DNA of 64,000 nt. It comes from a bacterium UBP6_UBA1209 (GTDB taxonomy: Bacteria > UBP6 > UBA1177). The stretch spans positions 4,077-68,076 of the forward strand of contig DBXP01000004.1 in the NCBI GenBank assembly GCA_002309575.1, read 5' to 3'. How positions within the stretch are numbered: the stretch's first letter is position 1; the number at the start of each line of letters is the position of its first letter. Under the pieces are notes generated by a model. The model saw nothing but the letters and a program-made list of their open reading frames with translations. It had not been told where the DNA came from and made no database searches. The position numbers were made by a program, and so were the translations under genes. Positions 47,789 to 57,468 of this stretch are shown here, in pieces.

Positions 47789-48274
47789 CTACTTTACTTT
47801 GCTGTCCCACAGAACGACTGCTGCAAAGGCTGTTGCGATATTCTTTACCTTGTGCTCGATTCCGGTGCTGTGGATGGTAAAATCGGTGATCCCGCGCATC
47901 TGCATCGCGTTTTCAGCCATTTGGCGGACCTTTTTTTCGACATACTCGAGCGGAGCGTGGTTTTCATGCTCCATGATGACGCCGTTGATCGAGCGGTCTT
48001 TCGGGATAGCGATCGCGACAGCAGCCGAAATAGTCTCTCCGGGTTCGTTGCTCGTGAGTGCCGCGTAAGCCAGCGGGACAAAGCTTCCTGGGGCGATCCT
48101 GAACGGCTTGACCTCCTGAGAGTTCGGGGGGAGGATGCTGGACATCTTTATGAGGTTCGTATCGCCGATTCCGGCTGCGAGAAGGGCTCCGTCAAATGAG
48201 TTGAGTTCGGTTTCGCCCTCGCTTGCACCGGCGCAGAAAAAGTGAATGTCGGGAATGTTTTTAAGGTCTATCAT
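47789..48274 (-). CDS. pdaD: pyruvoyl-dependent arginine decarboxylase
   Basis: Near-collinear with archaeal PdaD: AGASEGETELNSFDGALLAAGIGDTNLIKMSSILPP (Ser-Ser self-cleavage site) ...PGETISAAVAIAIPKD. Confidence 0.9.
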   Translation of the reverse strand: MIDLKNIPDIHFFCAGASEGETELNSFDGALLAAGIGDTNLIKMSSILPPNSQEVKPFRIAPGSFVPLAYAALTSNEPGETISAAVAIAIPKDRSINGVIMEHENHAPLEYVEKKVRQMAENAMQMRGITDFTIHSTGIEHKVKNIATAFAAVVLWDSKVK

Positions 48275-48376
48275 TTTTTTCTCCCAAAATGGTGAAAGGT
48301 GGTTAAAGTGCCAACCGGCATGTGATTTGTATTTGAATAATGTTCTACGTCAAGTTTCATTTGAACCGGAGGCAAA

Positions 48377-48847
48377 ATGGAAGCTGCGGAGAGATTGGTC
48401 AAAGTGCTGAAAAGCAGAAATTACAAGATAAGCGGAGCTGAATCCTGCACAGGCGGAAAGGTCGCTGCTGCCTTGACCTCGGTGAGCGGCGTTTCGGCTT
48501 TTTTTGAGGAGAGTTTCGTTGTCTATTCGGAACGCACGAAGATAAAAAATATCGGGGTACGCAGTGAAATAATAGAAAAATTTGGTGTCGTAAGTCAGGA
48601 ATGTGCAGCGGAGATGGCTGAAAAAACAGCTGAAAAGACAGGAGCCGATGTCGCTTTCGGAGTTACGGGGATCGCAGGTCCGACAGGGGCGACGCCGGGG
48701 AAACCCGTCGGAATGGTTTGCTTCGGGGTCTCTTTTCACGGGAAGACCGAATCTACCTTCAGATATTTTTCAGGCAGCCGCGAATCTGTGCGGGAACAGG
48801 CCGTAGAGTTTCTCCTTAACTGGATGGCAGGGCTTTTGGAAGCCTGA
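48377..48847 (+). CDS. cinA: CinA C-terminal domain protein / nicotinamide-nucleotide amidohydrolase PncC-like
   Basis: GAESCTGGKVAAALTSVSG...GVTGIAGPTG...KPVGMV motifs. 156 aa. Confidence 0.85.
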   Translation: MEAAERLVKVLKSRNYKISGAESCTGGKVAAALTSVSGVSAFFEESFVVYSERTKIKNIGVRSEIIEKFGVVSQECAAEMAEKTAEKTGADVAFGVTGIAGPTGATPGKPVGMVCFGVSFHGKTESTFRYFSGSRESVREQAVEFLLNWMAGLLEA

Positions 48848-48942
48848 GACCACGTAAAAATCTCTTTAAAACATTAATTCAGGCTTGAAAAAATAAATCA
48901 CAATACTAGTATTGTTGTATTGTATTTTGTAATTTAGGAATA

Positions 48943-49788
48943 ATGATGAAAAAGATTTTTATCGCTATGGCGATTTTGTTGATCGCAAAATCAAACCTGT
49001 TTGCTCAGCTGGTCGTTGAAACTCCCTCTCTGGATGCGATCGTCAGCTCGTTTTTGAGTACCAGTATCCAGCAGTACGGAGAGGAGAAGGCCTTTCGTAT
49101 CGAGCAGCTTGTACGTTTTCTTTCGGAGATAGGCAATGTCGTCAAAGCTATTGACAACACGGCTAAGGTCACGGCTGACATCGTGCGTGTCGGTTCTGCG
49201 CTCAAACAGGATCCCGGCGAATGGGTGGAGCAGGTGAGGAGCGGGCTCGACGGTGTTTTCCCAGATATCGGACAGATTTCAGATTCGGTAAAGGATGCCG
49301 GAGATTTTGCCATGGCGCTTTCCGGCGGGAAGTATGCCGACTATATCTCAGGCTGGAGCAGCACCTTGAAGGATTATCACGAAAAGCTGTTTCAAAGCTA
49401 CGAAATGCACAACGCTTTTCCGGACCTTTTTTCATCAAAAAGAGCCGGTGAAAGTACCAGAAAGATCGTTCACAAGGCGTGGCTGGAATCAGGATTGGAG
49501 CATGAAATGGAGAACGGTGCAGCGCGGAAAAGGCTTTTCGGAAAGTACTACGGCGAATATCAGAGGCAGGCGAAGGCAAATGAAAATATCGAGGCGATCG
49601 GTCTGGCAAACATCATGCAGCTGCAGTATTTATCCTCTGAGACACTTGAAGAGATAAGGAGAAACCTTGACCTGAACGTTATTGAACGGGAGTATCAAGG
49701 CGATTTCGAAAAAAATTTCATCAAGGTCATAGAAGAGAGGCGGAAAGAGGGGGCAAAATCCGGGAAAAAGAGTATCTTCTCCTTTTAG
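48943..49788 (+). CDS. hypothetical secreted protein
   Basis: Signal peptide MMKKIFIAMAILLIAKSNLFAQ. No recognisable domain. 281 aa. Confidence 0.6.
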   Translation: MMKKIFIAMAILLIAKSNLFAQLVVETPSLDAIVSSFLSTSIQQYGEEKAFRIEQLVRFLSEIGNVVKAIDNTAKVTADIVRVGSALKQDPGEWVEQVRSGLDGVFPDIGQISDSVKDAGDFAMALSGGKYADYISGWSSTLKDYHEKLFQSYEMHNAFPDLFSSKRAGESTRKIVHKAWLESGLEHEMENGAARKRLFGKYYGEYQRQAKANENIEAIGLANIMQLQYLSSETLEEIRRNLDLNVIEREYQGDFEKNFIKVIEERRKEGAKSGKKSIFSF

Positions 49789-49802
49789 AATGAGGCTTAG
49801 CG

Positions 49803-50357
49803 ATGGTTACGGCGCTGGTTTTTAATCTTTTTTTTGCCGCTATCGATCCGGATATCGCCGAAAAGATCGAAAAGAGCTACGCAGCGCTGATAGAGAGGGC
49901 TGTAGACAACTATCCGTACTTTAATTCCGAAGGTTCAAAAAAAAAGATCAATCCTGCTCTGGTGATGGCTGTTATTTATCAGGAATCGGGCGGAAGCCCT
50001 GAAGCCAGGAGCACAGCAGGTGCATACGGGCTGATGCAGATCATGCCGAAAACAGCGGGGCTTCTAGGATGTGACTACAATTCTCTCGGTGTTCCTGAAC
50101 ATTCGATAAACTGCGGCGTGAAGTTTCTTGCCGCGCTTCTCAGCTACAACAGGGGAGACCTCGTCAAATCCTTGTCAGGCTACAACGGAGGAACCTATTC
50201 GACAGAGGCTTCTCCGACTACAGATTCGGGGTTGCTTGCCGGGCGGATTTACGACAATCCCGAGACAAAAAAATATGTTGTTTCGGTGCTTAAACTGTAC
50301 GAACTATTTGAAAAAAGAGGCAGTTCCCGCAAAAAAAGAGCAAAATCACGCGTTTAG
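49803..50357 (+). CDS. SLT-domain lytic transglycosylase
   Basis: Catalytic-Glu motif AVIYQESGGSPEARS...AYGLMQIMPKTA. Confidence 0.8.
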   Translation: MVTALVFNLFFAAIDPDIAEKIEKSYAALIERAVDNYPYFNSEGSKKKINPALVMAVIYQESGGSPEARSTAGAYGLMQIMPKTAGLLGCDYNSLGVPEHSINCGVKFLAALLSYNRGDLVKSLSGYNGGTYSTEASPTTDSGLLAGRIYDNPETKKYVVSVLKLYELFEKRGSSRKKRAKSRV

Positions 50358-50379
50358 ACAAGAATTTTTAAAAAAAAGA

Positions 50380-50408
50380 TTGACATTCGTTTTCTTATCG
50401 CTATAAAC
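50380..50408 (+). promoter_or_regulatory. sigma70 promoter for tRNA-Val/thrS (TTGACA-17nt-TATAAA)
   Basis: -35 TTGACA at 50380-50385, -10 TATAAA at 50403-50408 with a 17-nt spacer, ~25 nt upstream of the tRNA. Confidence 0.55.
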
Positions 50409-50432
50409 CCATTCGCTTTTTTTGAAAAAGGT

Positions 50433-50507
50433 GGGCTCGTAGCTCAGAGGGAGAGCACTGCTTTGACGTAGCAGGGGTCAGTGGTTCAATCCCACTCGGG
50501 CCTACCA
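50433..50507 (+). tRNA. tRNA-Val (anticodon GAC)
   Basis: Manual fold: acceptor GGGCTCG/CGGGCCT, D-arm GCTC-AGAGGGA-GAGC, anticodon arm CTGCT-TTGACGT-AGCAG, T-arm AGTGG-TTCAATC-CCACT, encoded CCA. Confidence 0.9.
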
Positions 50508-50529
50508 TTTTTTTTATCAAGGGGTCACG

Positions 50530-52443
50530 ATGTTTGAGATAGTTCTTCCGGATGGAAAAAAAGTTCAATCAGATATTTCCGAGAGCTGGATCTCTTTCAT
50601 CAAAAGAGAGATCGGCGAAGGTTTGGCAAAGGCGGCGATAGCTGTCTCCGTAAACGGCAAACTCGTTGATGTGACTGCTGAGGTCGAATCCTGCGATATG
50701 TCTGTCATCACCGCAAAGAATGAAGAGGGACTTGCTATTATCCGTCACTCTGCTTCGCACATCATGGCTGACGCAGTCCAGCAGCTTTTCCCCGGTACAA
50801 AAGTCACGATCGGACCGTCGATTGAAAATGGATTTTACTACGATTTCGATTCTCCGCACCGCTTCTCGATCGATGACTTCGAGGCGATCGAAAAGAAGAT
50901 GGCTGAGATCATAAAGGCAAAGCATCCGTTTATAAGAAAGGTCGTTTCCAAGGATGAAGCAGTAAAACTTTTCACCGACAAAGGCGAGAATTTCAAGGTC
51001 GAGATCATTGAAGACCTCGGCGAGCCTGTTGTTTCACTCTATTACGATGGTGATTTTGTCGATCTCTGCAGAGGTCCCCACGTTCCGAATACCGGTTTCA
51101 TAAAGGCTTACAAGCTCATGTCTGTTGCCGGAGCATACTGGCGCGGCGATGAAAACAGAGAGATGCTTCAGAGGATTTACGCTACGGCATTCAGAACCAA
51201 AGACGAGCTTGACGAATATCTCAAAATGCTTGAAGAGGCAAAAGAGAGAGATCACAGAAAAATCGGTGCTGATCTCGATCTCTTCACATTCTCCGAAAAT
51301 GTCGGCGGCGGACTTGTTCTCTGGACTCCTAACGGCGGCATAGTCAGAACGGTCATCGAGAATTTCTGGAGAAAGCAGCACGTAAGAAACGGGTACAATC
51401 TGGTCTTCACTCCCCACATCGGAAGAAGCCTTCTCTGGGAGACCAGCGGTCACCTCGGTTTCTACAAGGACGGAATGTACAATCCGATGGACATAGACGG
51501 TGAAGATTATTACGTAAAACCGATGAACTGTCCGTTCCATGTCATGCTTTATAAGAGAAAAAAATGGAGTTACCGCGAATTTCCGTTCAGATGGGCGGAA
51601 CTCGGCACGGTCTACAGATATGAAAAATCGGGAACTCTCAACGGCTTGAAGCGCGTCCGCGGCTTCACTCAGGACGATGCGCACCTTTTCTGCAGACTCG
51701 ATCAGCTTGAAGACGAGATCAAACGCGTTCTCGATTTCTCGCTTTTCATGCTGAAGAGTTTTGAGTTTGAGAGTTTCAAACTTTTCCTCAGCACGCGTCC
51801 GAAGGAGTATGTCGGCGAGATCGAAGTCTGGAACAGAGCGGAAGGAGCTTTGAAGGAAGTTCTTGAAGCATCTGGTCTTCCGTGGGAGATCCAGGAAGGC
51901 GACGGTGCTTTCTACGGTCCGAAGATCGACATCAACATTACGGATTCAATCGGCAGACTTTGGCAGCTTTCCACGGTTCAGGTCGACTTCAACCTGCCGG
52001 AAAGATTTGATATTTCCTATGTCGGCGAAGACGGTCAGGACCATAGACCGATCATGCTTCACCGCGCACTTTTGGGCTCGATCGAAAGATTTTTCGGCGT
52101 ACTGATCGAGCACTTCAAAGGTGCTTTCCCGATGTGGCTTGCTCCTGTTCAGGTCGCAGTTCTTCCTGTTTCGGAAAAACATGTTGAAACCGCTGACAAG
52201 CTGATGCAGAAACTTGTTGCGACCGGAATCAGGGTAAAACTTGACGACAGAAACGAAAAAGTCGGCTATAAAATTCGCGAATGGTCTGTCCAGAAGGTTC
52301 CTTACATCGTCGTTGTCGGCGATAATGAAGCTGACCTTAAGACAATCACCGTTCGTAAGCGTGGCGGAGAGCAGGAGACATTTGCTGTTGAAGATTTTGT
52401 AGCTAAGGTTAATTCCGAAAACTACAACGGAGTATACTATTGA
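50530..52443 (+). CDS. thrS: threonine--tRNA ligase
   Basis: TGS, editing and class II core domains. HSASHIMA zinc motif. 637 aa. Confidence 0.95.
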   Translation: MFEIVLPDGKKVQSDISESWISFIKREIGEGLAKAAIAVSVNGKLVDVTAEVESCDMSVITAKNEEGLAIIRHSASHIMADAVQQLFPGTKVTIGPSIENGFYYDFDSPHRFSIDDFEAIEKKMAEIIKAKHPFIRKVVSKDEAVKLFTDKGENFKVEIIEDLGEPVVSLYYDGDFVDLCRGPHVPNTGFIKAYKLMSVAGAYWRGDENREMLQRIYATAFRTKDELDEYLKMLEEAKERDHRKIGADLDLFTFSENVGGGLVLWTPNGGIVRTVIENFWRKQHVRNGYNLVFTPHIGRSLLWETSGHLGFYKDGMYNPMDIDGEDYYVKPMNCPFHVMLYKRKKWSYREFPFRWAELGTVYRYEKSGTLNGLKRVRGFTQDDAHLFCRLDQLEDEIKRVLDFSLFMLKSFEFESFKLFLSTRPKEYVGEIEVWNRAEGALKEVLEASGLPWEIQEGDGAFYGPKIDINITDSIGRLWQLSTVQVDFNLPERFDISYVGEDGQDHRPIMLHRALLGSIERFFGVLIEHFKGAFPMWLAPVQVAVLPVSEKHVETADKLMQKLVATGIRVKLDDRNEKVGYKIREWSVQKVPYIVVVGDNEADLKTITVRKRGGEQETFAVEDFVAKVNSENYNGVYY

Positions 52444-52991
52444 TTAAGCCTACTAAACCCGAACCGGCTGCTGCTCAACCGGGAGCAGGTGTAATCAACG
52501 AGACGATCAAAGCTTCGTCGATGAGGGTCATCTCTCCGACTGGCGAGGTCCTCGGTGTTCTTTCAAAACGTGATGCATTGGAAAAGGCCCGCGAGTTCGG
52601 GCTGGATTTGGTTTGTGTTTCGCCTAATACCGATCCTGTTGTCTGCAAGATAATGGATTTCGGCAAGCATCTTTACAAACTTAAAAAGAAGGCTAAAAAG
52701 GCGAAGGCGAATCAGGTAACGATTGAGATCAAGGAGCTTAAAATCCGTCCGAATACGGATACCCACGATCTCATGACGAAGATAAACCACGCAAAGAAGT
52801 TCCTTGAAGACGGCAACAAGGTAAAGTTTACGGTCTTCTTCAGAGGGCGTGAGATTATGTTTGCCGAGAAGGCGCTTGAAAACCTCAACATAATCGTAAA
52901 GGAGCTCGGCGGTGAGGAAGAGTTGAACATTGAATTAGACAATGTCGTAAAAAATAAAAAGATGACAATGGTTGTTTCGCAAAAGAATTAA
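52440..52991 (+). CDS. infC: translation initiation factor IF-3
   Basis: [40 protein letters not shown]. Non-ATG start (TTG 52440 or ATT 52443) overlapping the thrS stop. Confidence 0.9.
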   Translation: MIKPTKPEPAAAQPGAGVINETIKASSMRVISPTGEVLGVLSKRDALEKAREFGLDLVCVSPNTDPVVCKIMDFGKHLYKLKKKAKKAKANQVTIEIKELKIRPNTDTHDLMTKINHAKKFLEDGNKVKFTVFFRGREIMFAEKALENLNIIVKELGGEEELNIELDNVVKNKKMTMVVSQKN

Positions 52992-53002
52992 GGAGAAGAA
53001 TT

Positions 53003-53200
53003 ATGCCGAAAATGAAAACCAATAGAGCTGCGGCGAAGAGAGTCAAATCAAACGGCGGCGGCAAATTGAAAAGATGGCACGCTTTCAAGAGTCATATCCT
53101 TACCAAGAAGGCTCGCAAAAGAAAAAGAGACCTTAGAAAGGGTGCTTTTATTGTTACAAGTGATATGCCTCAGATGAAGAAGCTTCTTCCTTATCTGTAA
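53003..53200 (+). CDS. rpmI: 50S ribosomal protein L35
   Basis: [15 protein letters not shown]. 65 aa. Confidence 0.95.
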   Translation: MPKMKTNRAAAKRVKSNGGGKLKRWHAFKSHILTKKARKRKRDLRKGAFIVTSDMPQMKKLLPYL

Positions 53201-53216
53201 TTTATAGGAGTCGAAA

Positions 53217-53564
53217 ATGAGAGTAAAAAGAGGATTCAAGGCTAAAAGAAGAAGAGCCACTATTATGCAGGCCGCAAAAGGCAACTATATGTCCAGATCA
53301 AGGAGATATAGAGTTGCCAGAGAAACTGTAGAGAGAGGCTGGGCTTATGCTTTTGCGCACAGAAAAAATAAAAAGAGAGATTTCAGAAGACTTTGGATCA
53401 CCAGGATCAACGCCGCTGTCAGAGAGCGCGGACTGTCGTATTCAAAGTTTATGGATATGATTCATAAGGCTAATATCGACCTTGACAGAAAGGTTCTTGC
53501 TTACCTTGCTGTTGAAGATCCGATGGCATTTGACAGAATCATTGAAGCGGCTAAGGCTAACTAG
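53217..53564 (+). CDS. rplT: 50S ribosomal protein L20
   Basis: MRVKRGFKAKRRR...RDFRRLWITRINAA. Confidence 0.95.
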   Translation: MRVKRGFKAKRRRATIMQAAKGNYMSRSRRYRVARETVERGWAYAFAHRKNKKRDFRRLWITRINAAVRERGLSYSKFMDMIHKANIDLDRKVLAYLAVEDPMAFDRIIEAAKAN

Positions 53565-53582
53565 TTTATTGCGGGGGTAATA

Positions 53583-53879
53583 ATGAGCATAACAAAAGTC
53601 GAACTTACGGATCTTGTTTACGAGGCAATGGGAAACAGCAAAACCGGTTTTGACAAGAAATTTGCCGGAAAGCTTGTTGACATGTTCTTTGAAGAGATGA
53701 AGAACGGGCTTGTAAACGATGGTTCCATCCAGTTGAGTGGTTTCGGAAAGTTTACCGTTAAGGAGAAACAGGAGCGTAAAGGTCGTAACCCCCAGACAAG
53801 GGAATCTTTGACGATCAGCAAGAGAAGGGTTGTTACTTTCCATCACAGTCAAGTTCTCAAAGAAAAACTCAATAAGTAG
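53583..53879 (+). CDS. HU/IHF-family DNA-binding protein (IHF-alpha-like by synteny)
   Basis: GFGKFTVKEKQERKGRNPQTRESLTI arm motif. Sits in the position of ihfA in the E. coli thrS-infC-rpmI-rplT-pheST-ihfA cluster. Confidence 0.85.
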   Translation: MSITKVELTDLVYEAMGNSKTGFDKKFAGKLVDMFFEEMKNGLVNDGSIQLSGFGKFTVKEKQERKGRNPQTRESLTISKRRVVTFHHSQVLKEKLNK

Positions 53880-53894
53880 TTTTTACACTCGGGT

Positions 53895-53972
53895 CGGGAT
53901 GTAGCGCAGTTTGGGTAGCGTACTTGAATGGGGTTCAAGTGGCCGCTGGTTCGAGTCCAGTCATCCCGACCA
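53895..53972 (+). tRNA. tRNA-Pro (anticodon GGG)
   Basis: Manual fold: perfect acceptor CGGGATG/CATCCCG, anticodon arm CTTGA-ATGGGGT-TCAAG, T-loop TTCGAGT, encoded CCA. Confidence 0.9.
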
Positions 53973-53983
53973 TTTTTCAACCT

Positions 53984-54772
53984 ATGAGGAAAATTTTCAT
54001 AACAAATGATGACGGTATAAATGCACCGGGGCTCTCTGCCTTGGAACAGGCCGTCTCAAAACGAGCTCTTTCCTTTTTTACATCGGCTCCGCTGAACGAA
54101 CAGAGCGGATGCGGTCATGCGATCACGCTTTTGCGACCGCTCAGGGTCAAAAAATTTGCAGATAACAGATTCGCTGTCGACGGGACACCGACAGACTCGG
54201 TCTTTCTTGGTCTTCATGAACTTTTTAAAGATGAAAAGCCGCTTTTTGCTCTCTCCGGGATAAACCGGGGAGGCAATCTCGGAAACGATTTTACCTATTC
54301 AGGTACGGTCGGAGCAGCAATGGAGACCTATTCCAACGGTATAACTTCGTTTGCTCTTTCACTCTTTGTCACAGATTTTGCTGCACTTAAAGAGGAGTCT
54401 TTTACATACGTCGCAGAGCTTTTTTTTGATAAAATCCTCCCTGAAATCGAGAAAAAAACAGGAACGGATGCTCTTTATGAGACACCGCATTTCTTCAATA
54501 TAAATGTTCCGGACACTATTATCGGAATGCAAAATCCGGAGATCCGCTGGACTTTTCTGGGAGAGCGCAGATACGGGGGCGGAGTGATAAAACGTGTCGA
54601 TCCGCGCCGCAATGATTACTACTGGATCGGCGGAGACCAGCACTCTTTTCTTGATATCGAGGGAAGCGACTGCAACGCGGTAAAGTCTGGTTTTGTAAGT
54701 GTCACTCCGATAGCTGTTTCGTTTACTGACAGGCAACTGCTTGAAAAAATTGAGGACAATCATGGAAAATAA
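53984..54772 (+). CDS. surE: 5-prime/3-prime-nucleotidase SurE
   Basis: MRKIFITNDDGINAPGL. ATG 53984; the listed ORF start overlaps the tRNA. Confidence 0.9.
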   Translation: MRKIFITNDDGINAPGLSALEQAVSKRALSFFTSAPLNEQSGCGHAITLLRPLRVKKFADNRFAVDGTPTDSVFLGLHELFKDEKPLFALSGINRGGNLGNDFTYSGTVGAAMETYSNGITSFALSLFVTDFAALKEESFTYVAELFFDKILPEIEKKTGTDALYETPHFFNINVPDTIIGMQNPEIRWTFLGERRYGGGVIKRVDPRRNDYYWIGGDQHSFLDIEGSDCNAVKSGFVSVTPIAVSFTDRQLLEKIEDNHGK

Positions 54773-55742
54773 TAGTTTCAAAAAGGCTTTTATGGCTTCT
54801 CCAGGTCCAGATTCCTTCAAAGAGGCGCTGATTTTGGCGCTCAAGGGCTTCTGTATGGGCGGAGCAGATGTGATTCCCGGCGTTTCCGGCGGAACAATTG
54901 CGCTGATTGCCGGAATTTATGAAAAACTTCTTGCCGCGATCAAATCCTTTGACGCTCTCTTTGTCAAAAAGCTTCTCTCTTTCAAGCTCTGTGAGGCGCT
55001 GAGCCATGTTCACCTCCGTTTCCTGATTTCGCTTTTCTTTGGAATTGCTACCGCGATTTTATCTCTTGCGCGGCTGATGAACTATCTTCTCAAGTCTCAT
55101 CCGGAACCGACATACAGCCTTTTCTACGGACTTATCGGTGCGTCGGTTTATGTTATAGGAAAGAGCTTCAAGTGGCGCGCTCCAGAGGTCGTTTCGATAG
55201 TTTGCGGACTTGTCGCGGCCTATTTCCTGGTCGGTCTTATACCGGTCAGTACACCGAACGAGCTTTGGTTTATCTTTCTTAGCGGGGTAATTGGAATCTG
55301 TGCCATGATCCTTCCTGGTATCAGCGGAGCCTTTATCCTGCTGATCCTCGGCAAGTACGAATTTATTACAGGAACCTTGAAGGCGCCTTTTTCTGCCAAC
55401 GAAGTCACCGGCGTCAACAATATAGTGATAATTGCTGTTTTCTGCCTTGGCTGCGTTATAGGTCTGGCAGGATTTTCCCGTTTTTTAAACTGGCTGCTTT
55501 CAAAGTGGCGTACGGTAACACTTGCATTTCTGACCGGACTTATGGCCGGCTCGATGCGTAAAATATGGCCATGGAAAGGCGAGGCTGTAACTCAGATGAT
55601 CCGCGGAAAGGAGCATGTCATTTCTCAGGCGAATGTCTTTCCGTCAAATTATGACGGCTACTTTGCTCTTTGTATTGCAATGGTAATTGTCGGAGCGGTT
55701 TTTGTCGTTGTTTTGGATAAAGTTTCCGAAAGGTACTCATAA
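54762..55742 (+). CDS. DUF368 family membrane protein
   Basis: GFCMGGADVIPGVSGGTIALIAGIY signature, repeated in the second half (LPGISGAFILLILG). Confidence 0.8.
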   Translation: MENNSFKKAFMASPGPDSFKEALILALKGFCMGGADVIPGVSGGTIALIAGIYEKLLAAIKSFDALFVKKLLSFKLCEALSHVHLRFLISLFFGIATAILSLARLMNYLLKSHPEPTYSLFYGLIGASVYVIGKSFKWRAPEVVSIVCGLVAAYFLVGLIPVSTPNELWFIFLSGVIGICAMILPGISGAFILLILGKYEFITGTLKAPFSANEVTGVNNIVIIAVFCLGCVIGLAGFSRFLNWLLSKWRTVTLAFLTGLMAGSMRKIWPWKGEAVTQMIRGKEHVISQANVFPSNYDGYFALCIAMVIVGAVFVVVLDKVSERYS

Positions 55743-55754
55743 ACGGAGGCTGAC

Positions 55755-56432
55755 TTGCGGGATTATTCGTTTGATGTCGATTTTTTGGTCCATCCTCTCT
55801 CATCTGTTTTGACCAGAGCCGGAAATACCCGTGTCATATCCTCTGTTTCATTATCAGATACAGTACCTTCGCATGTGGTTTCCGGAGGCTGGCTGACGGC
55901 TGAATATTCTCTTTTGCCGGCATCGACGTCTACGCGTTTTAAGCGTGAACGCAGCGGCGTTTCAGGCAGAACAGCGGAAATTCAGCGGATAATCGGCAGG
56001 TCTCTCAGGATGTCAGTTGACATGCAGGCTTTTTCGGGCTACACAATGACTGTTGACTGTGATGTCCTTGATGCCGACGGCGGGACCAGGACGACTTCCG
56101 TCAACGGAGGAATGCTGGCGGTCGCGATTGCCTGCAAGCGTATGCAGGAACGCGGAATCGTTGAGAAAAGCCCTCTGAAAAGCTGGATCGGAGCAGTAAG
56201 CGGCGGCATCATTGACGGAGAGATAGTGATCGATCTCGACTATGAACACGATTCGCGTGCGGAATCCGATTTTAACTTTGTTTTTGCTGAAAACGGACGG
56301 ATAATAGAGATTCAGGGAACCGCCGAGCGCGAGCCGCTTGATGAAAAGGTTTTTCTTGAATTGCTTGCGGAGTCCAGGAGTTGTGCTTTGCAGCTCATTA
56401 AAAAAATGAAAACAGTGGCAGGCTTGGAATGA
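55755..56432 (+). CDS. rph: ribonuclease PH
   Basis: RTAEIQRIIGRSLR and VDCDVLDADGGTRT. TTG start with a GGAGG SD. Confidence 0.9.
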   Translation: MRDYSFDVDFLVHPLSSVLTRAGNTRVISSVSLSDTVPSHVVSGGWLTAEYSLLPASTSTRFKRERSGVSGRTAEIQRIIGRSLRMSVDMQAFSGYTMTVDCDVLDADGGTRTTSVNGGMLAVAIACKRMQERGIVEKSPLKSWIGAVSGGIIDGEIVIDLDYEHDSRAESDFNFVFAENGRIIEIQGTAEREPLDEKVFLELLAESRSCALQLIKKMKTVAGLE

Positions 56433-57445
56433 TTATTGTCGTCAAAAAAGATATTAACGAAGAGTTTATTGAAAATATAAAGTCGACGCTCAGTGCAAAC
56501 GGAATGTCCTTTGATGTCTTGAACGGCGAAAGGTACATCCTGATCCCTGTTGCTGGTGATTTGACAACTTCAGATATCGGCAGATTCAAGGCGATGCCTG
56601 GTGTCGACCGTGTTGTCAAAATCTCTACGCCGTATGTGATGGCTTCAAAATCGTACCGCCTGAAAACGGTTGTTGATTTAGGCGACGGGATCAAGATAGG
56701 CGAAGGGTTTACGATGATTTCCGGTCCGTGCAGTGTCGACAGCGAGGCTTCGCTTGATAAGATAGCTGCCTTCCTGTCCGGCCGGGGAATCAGGATCCTG
56801 CGCGGCGGGACATTCAAAATGAGGACTTCTCCGTATTCGTTCCAGGGTCTGGGTGAAGAGGGGGTGAAGATCCTTCACGATACGGCCAAGCGCTACAATA
56901 TGCGGTCTGTTTCCGAAATTACCGATGTCCGCCATATCGATTTGTTTGAAAAATATATTGATATCTTTCAGGTCGGTGCGAGAAATATGACCAATTTCGC
57001 GCTTTTGAAGGAACTCGGCAGATGCAAAAAGCCGGTACTGCTTAAACGTTCTGTCAGCGCTTCGATTGAAGATTTTATGCTGAGTGCAGAATATTTGATG
57101 AATGAAGGCAACGAGAATGTAATTCTGTGCGAGCGCGGTATTCAGACTTTCGACGATTCAACGCGGAGTACGGTCAATATTGCGTCGATCCCGATAATCA
57201 AGAGCCTGACGCACCTGCCGCTTCTGCTTGATCCTTCGCACAGTGTCGGCAACTTCCACTATATTCCGCAGGTCGCGAATGCGGCAGTTGTTCTGGGAGC
57301 GGACGGTGTTATGGTCGAAACTCACTACAATCCGGCTTATGCGCTTTCGGACGGCTTCCAGTCGCTCAATTTTAACTCGTTTGAGCGTATGCACGAAAAT
57401 ATCAAAAAGCTTTACGAATTTATGAGAGAATCCTTTACCTACTGA
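56429..57445 (+). CDS. aroF: 3-deoxy-7-phosphoheptulonate (DAHP) synthase, type I-beta with N-terminal regulatory (ferredoxin-like) extension
   Basis: DAHPS/KDO8PS core (GPCSVDS...LRGGTFKMRTSPYSFQGLG...LLDPSH) preceded by a ~70-aa domain, as in Thermotoga-type enzymes. Confidence 0.9.
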   Translation: MIIVVKKDINEEFIENIKSTLSANGMSFDVLNGERYILIPVAGDLTTSDIGRFKAMPGVDRVVKISTPYVMASKSYRLKTVVDLGDGIKIGEGFTMISGPCSVDSEASLDKIAAFLSGRGIRILRGGTFKMRTSPYSFQGLGEEGVKILHDTAKRYNMRSVSEITDVRHIDLFEKYIDIFQVGARNMTNFALLKELGRCKKPVLLKRSVSASIEDFMLSAEYLMNEGNENVILCERGIQTFDDSTRSTVNIASIPIIKSLTHLPLLLDPSHSVGNFHYIPQVANAAVVLGADGVMVETHYNPAYALSDGFQSLNFNSFERMHENIKKLYEFMRESFTY

Positions 57446-57468
57446 CCGGGTCGGCGGAGAAGGGTAAA

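Noticed and set aside
50530-53879. Absence of pheS/pheT between rplT and the IHF-like gene
   Set aside because: Gene order here differs from E. coli, but pheST are commonly located elsewhere in many phyla, so this is not an anomaly by itself.
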